Both the position numbers and the translations under genes were made by a program. Of a stretch of DNA of 64,000 nt, positions 51,860-61,800 are shown one piece after another (positions within the stretch are counted from its first letter, which is position 1; each line of letters starts with the position of its first letter). The notes below the pieces were generated by a model, which was given only the letters and a program-made list of their open reading frames with translations, was not told where the DNA came from and ran no database searches. This stretch comes from Eledone cirrhosa (Eukaryota): NCBI GenBank assembly GCA_964016885.1, contig OZ024741.1, forward strand, positions 7,254,001 through 7,318,000, in the 5' to 3' direction.

Positions 51860-54800
51860 AAGGTGGTGTGTTGTGAAGGTCGGTGGTTTAGTGGTTAGGG
51901 GTGATGGGTTCACAATGGTAAGGCGGGATGTTGTGAAGGTCGGAGGTTTAGTGATTAGGGGTGATGGGTTCACAATGGTAAGGTGGTGTGTTGTGAAGGT
52001 CGGTGGTTTAGTGGTTAGGGGTGATGGGTTCACAATGGTAAGGTCGTGTGTTGTGAAGGTCGGTGGTTTAGTTGTTAGGGGTGATTGGTTCCCAATGGTA
52101 AGGTGGTGTGATGTGAAGGTCGGTGGTTGAGTGGTTAGGGGTGATGGGTTGACAATGGCAAGGTGGTGTGTTGTGAAGGTCGGTGGTTTAGTGGATAGGG
52201 TTGATGGGTTCACAATGGTAAGGTGGTGTGTTGTGAAGTCGGTGGTTTAGTGGTTAGGGGTGATGGGTGCACAATGGTAAGGTCGTGTGTTGTGAAGTCG
52301 GTGGTTTAGTGGTTAGGAGTGAGGGGTTCACAATAGTAAGGTGGTGTGTTCTGAAGGTCGGTGGTTTAGAGGTTAGGGGTGATGGGTTCAGAAAAGTAAG
52401 GTGGTGTGTTGTGAAGGTCGGTGGTTTAGTGGTTAGGGTTGATGGGTTCACAATGGTAAGGTGGTGTGTTGTGAAGGTCGGTGGTTTAGTGGTTAGGGGT
52501 GATGCGTTCAGAATAGTAAGGTGGTGTGTTGTGAAGGTCGGTGGTTTTGTGGTTATGGGAGATGGGTGCACAATAGTAAGGTGGTGTGTTGTGAAGGTCG
52601 GTGGTTTATACGTTAGGGGTGATGGGTTCAGAATAGTAAGGTGGTGTGTTTTGAAGGTCGGTGGTTTAGTGGTTAGGGTTGATGGGTTCACAATGGTATG
52701 GTCGTGTGTTGTGAAGGTCGGTGGTTTAGTGGTTAGGGGTGATGGGTTCACAATGGTAAGGTGGTGTGTTGTGAAGGTCGGTGGTTTAGTGGTTAGGGGT
52801 GATGCGTTCAGAATAGTAAGGTGGTGTGTTGTGAAGGTCGGTGGTTTAGTGGTTAGGGGTGATGGGTTCACAATGGTAAGGCGGGATGTTGTGAAGGTCG
52901 GAGGTTTAGTGATTAGGGGTGATGGGTTCACAATGGTAAGGTGGTGTGTTGTGAAGGTCGGTGGTTTAGTGGTTAGGGGTGATGGGTTCACAATGGTAAG
53001 GTCGTGTGTTTTGAAGGTCGGTGGTTCAGTTGTTAGGGGTGATTGGTTCACAATGGTAAGGTGGTGTGTTGTGAAGGTCGGTGGTTTAGTGGTTAGGGGT
53101 GATGGGTTCACAATGGTAAGGCGGGATGTTGTGAAGGTCGGAGGTTTAGTGATTAGGGGTGATGGGTTCACAATGGTAAGGTGGTGTGTTGTGAAGGTCG
53201 GTGGTTTAGTGGTTAGGGGTGATGGGTTCACAATGGTAAGGTCGTGTGTTTTGAAGGTCGGTGGTTCAGTTGTTAGGGGTGATTGGTTCACAATGGTAAG
53301 GTGGTGTGTTGTGAAGGTCGGTGGTTTAGTGATTAGGGGTGATGGGTTCACAATGGTAAGGTGGTGTGTTGTGAAGGTCGGTGATTTAGTGGTTAGGGGT
53401 GATGGGTTCACAATGGTAATGTGGTGTGTTGTGAAGGTCGGTAGTTTAGTGGTTAGTGGTGATGGGTTCACAATGGTATGGTCGTGTGTTGTGAAGGTCG
53501 GTTGTTTAGTGGTTAGGGGTGATGGGTTCACAATGGTATAGTCGTGTGTTGTGAAGGTCGGTTGTTTAGTGGTTAGGGGTGATGGGATCACAATGGTAAG
53601 GTGGTGTGTTGTTAAGGTCGGTGGTTTAGTGGTTAGGGGTGATGGGATCACAATGTTAAGGCGGGATGTTGTGAAGGTCGGTGGTTTAGTGGTTAAGGGT
53701 GATGGGTTCACAATGGTATGGTCGTGTGTTGTGAAGGTCGGTTGTTTAGTGGTCAGGTGTGATGGGTTCACAATGGTAAGGTGGTGTGTTGTGAAGGTCG
53801 GTGGTTTAGTGGTTAGGGGTGATGGGTTCACAATTGTAAGGTGGTGTGTTTTGAAGGTCGGTGGTTTAGTGGTTAGGGTGATGGGTTCACAAGGGTAAGG
53901 TGGTGTTTTGTGAAGGTCGGTGGTTTAGTGGTTAGGGGTGATGGGTTCACAATGGTAATGTGGTGTGTTGTGAAGGTCGGTGGTTTAGTGGTTTGGAGTG
54001 ATGGGTTCACAATAGTAAGATGGTGTGTTGTGAAGGTCGGTGGTTTAGTGGTTAGGAGTGATGGGTTCACAATGGTAAGGTGGTGTGTTGTGAAGGTCGG
54101 TGGTTTTAGTGGTTAGGGGTGATGGGTTCACAATGGTAAGGTGGTGTGTCTTGAAGGGGTGGTGGTTTAGTGGTTAGGGCTGATGACTTCACAATGGTAA
54201 GGTGGTGTGATGTGAAGGTCGGTGGTTTAATGGTTAGAGGTGATGGGTTCACAATGGTAAGGTGGTGTGTTGTGAAGGTCGGTGGTTTAGTGGTTAGGAG
54301 TGAGGGGTTCAGAATAGTGACGTGGTGTGTTGTGAAGGTCGATGGTTTAGTGGTTATGGGTGATGGGTTCACAATGGTAAGGTGGTGTGTTGTGAAGGTC
54401 GGTGGTTTAGTGGTTAGGGGAGATGGGTTCACAATAGTGAGGTGTTGTGTTGTGAAGGTCGGTGGTTTTGTGGTTAGGGGTGATGGGTTCACAATGGTAA
54501 GGTGGTGTGTTGTGAAGGTCGGTGGTTTAGTGGTTAGGGGTGATGGGTTCACAATGGTAAGGCGGGATGTTGTGAAGGTCGGAGGTTTAGTGATTAGGGG
54601 TGATGGGTTGACAATGGTAAGGTGGTGTGTGGTGAAGGTCGGTGGTTTAGTGGTTAGGGGTGATGGTTTCACAATGGTAAGGTGGTGTGTTGTGAAGGTC
54701 GTTGGTTTAGTGGTTAGGGGTGATGGGTTCACAAAGGTAAGGTGGTGTGTTGTGAAGGTCGGTGGTTCAGTGGTTAGGAGTGATGGGTTCACAATGGTAA

Positions 54801-57800
54801 GGTGGTGTGTGGTCAAGGCCGGTGGTTTAGTGGTTAGAGGTGATGGGTTCACAATGGTAAGGTGGTGTGTTGTGAAGGTCGGTGGTTTAGTGGTTAGGGG
54901 TAATGAGTTCACAATGGTAAGGTGGTGCGTTGTGAAGGTCGGTAGTTTAGTAGTTAGGGGTGATGGGTTCACAATGATAAGGTGGTGTGTTGTGAAGATC
55001 GGTGGTTTAGTGGTTAGTGGTGCTGGGTTCACAATAGTGAGGTGGTGTGTTGTGAAGGTCGGTGGATTTGTGGTTAGGGTTTGGGTTCACAATGGTAAGG
55101 TGGTGTGTTGTGAACTCGGTGGTTTAGTGGTTAGGAGTGAGTGGTTCACAATAGTAAGGTGGTCCGTTGTGAAGGTCGGTGGTTTAGTGGTTAGGGGTGA
55201 TGGGTTCACAAAGGTATGGTGTTGTCTTGTGAAAGTCGGTGGTTTAGTGGTTAGACGTGATGGGTTCAGAATAGTAAGGTGGTGTGTTGTGAAGGTCGGT
55301 GGTTTAGTGGTTAGGGTTGATGGGTTCACAATGGTAAGGTGGTGTGTTGTGAAGGTCGGTGGTTTAGTGGTTAGGGGTGATGGGTTCACAATGGTAAGGC
55401 GGGATGTTGTGAAGGTCGGAGGTTTAGTGATTAGGGGTGATGGGTTCACAATGGTAAGGTGGTGTGTTGTGAAGGTCGGTGGTTTAGTGGTTAGGGGTGA
55501 TGGGTTCACAATGGTAAGGTCGTGTGTTGTGAAGGTCGGTGGTTTAGTTGTTAGGGGTGATTGGTTCCCAATGGTAAGGTGGTGTGATGTGAAGGTCGGT
55601 GGTTGAGTGGTTAGGGGTGATGGGTTGACAATGGCAAGGTGGTGTGTTGTGAAGGTCGGTGGTTTAGTGGATAGGGTTGATGGGTTCACAATGGTAAGGT
55701 GGTGTGTTGTGAAGTCGGTGGTTTAGTGGTTAGGGGTGATGGGTGCACAATGGTAAGGTCGTGTGTTGTGAAGTCGGTGGTTTAGTGGTTAGGAGTGAGG
55801 GGTTCACAATAGTAAGGTGGTGTGTTCTGAAGGTCGGTGGTTTAGAGGTTAGGGGTGATGGGTTCAGAATAGTAAGGTGGTGTGTTGTGAAGGTCGGTGG
55901 TTTAGTGGTTAGGGTTGATGGGTTCACAATGGTAAGGTGGTGTGTTGTGAAGGTCGGTGGTTTAGTGGTTAGGGGTGATGCGTTCAGAATAGTAAGGTGG
56001 TGTGTTGTGAAGGTCGGTGGTTTAGTGGTTATGGGAGATGGGTGCACAATAGTAAGGTGGTGTGTTGTGAAGGTCGGTGGTTTATAGGTTAGGGGTGATG
56101 GGTTCAGAATAGTAAGGTGGTGTGTTGTGAAGGTCGGTGGTTTAGTGGTTAGGGTTGATGGGTTCACAATGGTATGGTCGTGTGTTGTGAAGGTCGGTGG
56201 TTTAGTGGTTAGGGGTGATGGGTTCACAATGGTAAGGTGGTGTGTTGTGAAGGTCGGTGGTTTAGTGGTTAGGGGTGATGCGTTCAGAATAGTAAGGTGG
56301 TGTGTTGTGAAGGTCGGTGGTTTAGTGGTTAGGGGTGATGGGTTCACAATGGTAAGGCGGGATGTTGTGAAGGTCGGAGGTTTAGTGATTAGGGGTGATG
56401 GGTTCACAATGGTAAGGTGGTGTGTTGTGAAGGTCGGTGGTTTAGTGGTTAGGGGTGATGGGTTCACAATGGTAAGGTCGTGTGTTTTGAAGGTCGGTGG
56501 TTCAGTTGTTAGGGGTGATTGGTTCACAATGGTAAGGTGGTGTGTTGTGAAGGTCGGTGGTTTAGTGGTTAGGGGTGATGGGTTCACAATGGTAAGGCGG
56601 GATGTTGTGAAGGTCGGAGGTTTAGTGATTAGGGGTGATGGGTTCACAATGGTAAGGTGGTGTGTTGTGAAGGTCGGTGGTTTAGTGGTTAGGGGTGATG
56701 GGTTCACAATGGTAAGGTCGTGTGTTTTGAAGGTCGGTGGTTCAGTTGTTAGGGGTGATTGGTTCACAATGGTAAGGTGGTGTGTTGTGAAGGTCGGTGG
56801 TTTAGTGATTAGGGGTGATGGGTTCACAATGGTAAGGTGGTGTGTTGTGAAGGTCGGTGATTTAGTGGTTAGGGGTGATGGGTTCACAATGGTAATGTGG
56901 TGTGTTGTGAAGGTCGGTAGTTTAGTGGTTAGTGGTGATGGGTTCACAATGGTATGGTCGTGTGTTGTGAAGGTCGGTTGTTTAGTGGTTAGGGGTGATG
57001 GGTTCACAATGGTATAGTCGTGTGTTGTGAAGGTCGGTTGTTTAGTGGTTAGGGGTGATGGGATCACAATGGTAAGGTGGTGTGTTGTTAAGGTCGGTGG
57101 TTTAGTGGTTAGGGGTGATGGGATCACAATGTTAAGGCGGGATGTTGTGAAGGTCGGTGGTTTAGTGGTTAAGGGTGATGGGTTCACAATGGTATGGTCG
57201 TGTGTTGTGAAGGTCGGTTGTTTAGTGGTCAGGTGTGATGGGTTCACAATGGTAAGGTGGTGTGTTGTGAAGGTCGGTGGTTTAGTGGTTAGGGGTGATG
57301 GGTTCACAATTGTAAGGTGGTGTGTTTTGAAGGTCGGTGGTTTAGTGGTTAGGGTGATGGGTTCACAAGGGTAAGGTGGTGTTTTGTGAAGGTCGGTGGT
57401 TTAGTGGTTAGGGGTGATGGGTTCACAATGGTAATGTGGTGTGTTGTGAAGGTCGGTGGTTTAGTGGTTTGGAGTGATGGGTTCACAATAGTAAGATGGT
57501 GTGTTGTGAAGGTCGGTGGTTTAGTGGTTAGGAGTGATGGGTTCACAATGGTAAGGTGGTGTGTTGTGAAGGTCGGTGGTTTTAGTGGTTAGGGGTGATG
57601 GGTTCACAATGGTAAGGTGGTGTGTCTTGAAGGGGTGGTGGTTTAGTGGTTAGGGCTGATGACTTCACAATGGTAAGGTGGTGTGATGTGAAGGTCGGTG
57701 GTTTAATGGTTAGAGGTGATGGGTTCACAATGGTAAGGTGGTGTGTTGTGAAGGTCGGTGGTTTAGTGGTTAGGAGTGAGGGGTTCAGAATAGTGACGTG

Positions 57801-58810
57801 GTGTGTTGTGAAGGTCGATGGTTTAGTGGTTATGGGTGATGGGTTCACAATGGTAAGGTGGTGTGTTGTGAAGGTCGGTGGTTTAGTGGTTAGGGGAGAT
57901 GGGTTCACAATAGTGAGGTGTTGTGTTGTGAAGGTCGGTGGTTTTGTGGTTAGGGGTGATGGGTTCACAATGGTAAGGTGGTGTGTTGTGAAGGTCGGTG
58001 GTTTAGTGGTTAGGGGTGATGGGTTCACAATGGTAAGGCGGGATGTTGTGAAGGTCGGAGGTTTAGTGATTAGGGGTGATGGGTTGACAATGGTAAGGTG
58101 GTGTGTGGTGAAGGTCGGTGGTTTAGTGGTTAGGGGTGATGGTTTCACAATGGTAAGGTGGTGTGTTGTGAAGGTCGTTGGTTTAGTGGTTAGGGGTGAT
58201 GGGTTCACAAAGGTAAGGTGGTGTGTTGTGAAGGTCGGTGGTTCAGTGGTTAGGAGTGATGGGTTCACAATGGTAAGGTGGTGTGTGGTCAAGGCCGGTG
58301 GTTTAGTGGTTAGAGGTGATGGGTTCACAATGGTAAGGTGGTGTGTTGTGAAGGTCGGTGGTTTAGTGGTTAGGGGTAATGAGTTCACAATGGTAAGGTG
58401 GTGTGTTGTGAAGGTCGGTAGTTTAGTAGTTAGGGGTGATGGGTTCACAATGATAAGGTGGTGTGTTGTGAAGATCGGTGGTTTAGTGGTTAGTGGTGCT
58501 GGGTTCACAATAGTGAGGTGGTGTGTTGTGAAGGTCGGTGGATTTGTGGTTAGGGTTTGGGTTCACAATGGTAAGGTGGTGTGTTGTGAACTCGGTGGTT
58601 TAGTGGTTAGGAGTGAGTGGTTCACAATAGTAAGGTGGTCCGTTGTGAAGGTCGGTGGTTTAGTGGTTAGGGGTGATGGGTTCACAATGGTATGGTGTTG
58701 TCTTGTGAAAGTCGGTGGTTTAGTGGTTAGGCGTGATGGGTTCAGAATAGTAAGGTGGTGTGTTGTGAAGGTCGGTGGTTTAGTGGTTAGGGTTGATGGG
58801 TTCACAATGG
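51860..58810 (+). repeat. Recent tandem block duplication within the satellite, period 3476 bp (boundaries approximate)
   Basis: Near-identical ORF-track translations at 52254/55730, 53551/57027, 54106/57582 and 55087/58563, all offset by 3476. Confidence 0.9.
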
Positions 58811-61800
58811 TAAGGTGGTGTGTTGTGAAGGTCGGTGGTTTAGTGGTTAGGGGTGATGGGTTCACAATGGTAAGGTGGTGTGTTGTGAAGGTCGGTGGTT
58901 TAGTGGTTAGGGGAGATGGGTTCACAATAGTAAGCTGGTGTGTTGTGAAGGTCGGTGGTTTAGAGGTTAGGGGTGATGGGTTCAGAACAGTAAGGTGGTG
59001 TGTTGTGAAGGTCGGTGGTTTAGTGGTTAGGGTTGATGGGTTCACAATGGTATGGTCGTGTGTTGTGAAGGTCGGTGGTTTAGTGGTTAGGGGTGATGGG
59101 TTCACAATGGTAAGGTGGTGTGTTGTGAAGGTCGGTGGTTTAGTGGTTAGGGGTGATGGGTTCAGAATAGTAAGGTGGTGTGTTGTGAAGGTCGGTGGTT
59201 TAGTGGTTAGGGGTGACGGGTTCACAATGGTAAGGTGGTGTGTTGTGAAGGTCGGTGGTTTAGTGGTTAGGGGTGATGGGTTCACAATGGTAAGGCGGGA
59301 TGTTGTGAAGGTCGGAGGTTTAGTGATTAGGGGTGATGGGTTCACAATGGTAAGGTGGTGTGTTGTGAAGGTCGGTGGTTTAGTGGTTAGGGGTGATGAG
59401 TTCACAATGGTAAGGTCGTGTGTTGTGAAGGTCGGTGGTTTAGTTGTTAGGGGTGATGGGTTCACAATGGTAAGGTGGTGTGTTGTGAAGGTCGGTGGTT
59501 TAGTGGTTAGGGGGATGGGTTCACAATGGTAAGGTGGTGTGTTGTGAAGGTCGGAGATTTAGTGGTTAGGGGTGATGGGTTCACAATGGTAATGTGGTGT
59601 GTTGTGAAGGTCTGTTGTTTAGTGGTTAGGGGTGATGGGTTCACAATGGTATGGTCGTGTGTTGTGAAGGTCGGTTGTTTAGTTGTTAGGTGTGATGGGT
59701 TCACAATGGTAAGGTGGTGTGTTGTGAAGGTCGGTGGTTTAGTGGTTAGGGGTGATGGGTTCACAATTTTAAGGCGGGATGTTGTGCAGGTCGGTGGTTT
59801 AGTGGTTAAGGGTGATGGGTTCAAAATGGTATGGTCGTGTGTTGTGAAGGTCGGTTGTTTAGTGGTTAGGTGTGATGGGTTCACAATGGTAAAGTGGTGT
59901 GTTGTGAAGGTCGGTGGTTTAGTGGTTAGGGGTGATGGGTTCACAATTGTAAGGTGGTGTGTTTTGAAGGTCGGTGGTTTAGTGGTTAGGTGTGATGGGT
60001 TCACAAGGGTAAGGTGGTGTGTTGTGAAGGTCGGTGGTTTAGTGGTTAGGGGTGATGGGTTCACAATGGTAAGGTGGTGTGATGTGAAGGTCGGTGGTTT
60101 AGTGGTTAGGGGTGATGGGTTCACTATGATAATGTGGTGTGTTGTGAAGGTCGGAGGTTTAGTGATTAGGGGTGATGGGTTCACAATGGTAAGGTGGTGT
60201 GATGTGAAGGTCGGTGGTTTAGTGGTTAGGGGTGATGGGTTCACAATGGTAAGGTCGTGTGTTTTGAAGGTCGGTGGTTCAGTTGTTAGGGGTGATTGGT
60301 TCACAATGGTAAGGTGGTGTGTTGTGAAGGTCGGTGGTTTAGTGGTTAGGGGTGATGGGTTCACAATGGTAAGGTGGTGTGTTGTGAAGGTCGGTGATTT
60401 AGTGGTTAGGGGTGATGGGTTCACAATGGTAATGTGGTGTGTTGTGAAGGTCGGTAGTTTAGTGGTTAGTGGTGATGGGTTCACAATGGTATGGTCGTGT
60501 GTTGTGAAGGTCGGTTGTTTAGTGGTTAGGGGTGATGGGTTCACAATGGTATAGTCGTGTGTTGTGAAGGTCGGTTGTTTAGTGGTTAGGTGTGATGGGT
60601 TCACAATGGTAATGTGGTGTGTTGTGAAGGTCGGTAGTTTAGTGGTTAGTGGTGATGGGTTCACAATGGTATGGTCGTGTGTTGTGAAGGTCGGTTGTTT
60701 AGTGGTTAGGGGTGATGGGTTCACAATGGTATAGTCGTGTGTTGTGAAGGTCGGTTGTTTAGTGGTTAGGTGTGATGGGTTCACAATGGTAAGGTGGTGT
60801 GTTGTGAAGGTCGGTGGTTTAGTGGTTAGGGGTGATGGGTTCAGAATAGTAAGGTGGTGTGTTGTGAAGGTCGGTGGTTTAGTGGTTAGGGGTGACGGGT
60901 TCACAATGGTAAGGTGGTGTGTTGTGAAGGTCGGTGGTTTAGTGGTTAGGGGTGATGGGTTCACAATGGTAAGGTGGGATGTTGTGAAGGTCGGAGGTTT
61001 AGTGATTAGGGGTGATGGGTTCACAATGGTAAGGTCGTGTGTTGTGAAGGTCGGTGGTTTAGTTGTTAGGGGTGATGGGTTCACAATGGTAAGGTGGTGT
61101 GTTGTGAAGGTCGGTGGTTTAGTGTTTAGGGGGATGGGTTCACAATGGTAAGGTGGTGTGTTGTGAAGGTCGGTGATTTAGTGGTTAGGGGTGATGGGTT
61201 CACAATGGTAATGTGGTGTGTTGTGAAGGTCGGTTGTTTAGTGGTTAGGGGTGATGGGTTCACAATGGTATGGTCGTGTGTTGTGAAGGTCGGTTGTTTA
61301 GTTGTTAGGTGTGATGGGTTCACAATGGTAAGGTGGTGTGTTGTGAAGGTCGGTGGTTTAGTGGTTAGGGGTGATGGGTTCACAATTTTAAGGCGGGATG
61401 TTGTGCAGGTCGGTGGTTTAGTGGTTAAGGGTGATGGGTTCAAAATGGTATGGTCGTGTGTTGTGAAGGTCGGTTGTTTAGTGGTTAGGTGTGATGGGTT
61501 CACAATGGTAAAGTGGTGTGTTGTGAAGGTCGGTGGTTTAGTGGTTAGGGGTGATGGGTTCACAATTGTAAGGTGGTGTGTTTTGAAGGTCGGTGGTTTA
61601 GTGGTTAGGTGTGATGGGTTCACAAGGGTAAGGTGGTGTGTTGTGAAGGTCGGTGGTTTAGTGGTTAGGGGTGATGGGTTCACAATGGTAAGGTGGTGTG
61701 TTGTGAAGGTCGGTGGTTTAGTGGTTAGGGGTGATGGGTTCACTATGATAATGTGGTGTGTTGTGAAGGTCGGTGGTTTAGTGGTTAGAGGTAATGGGTT

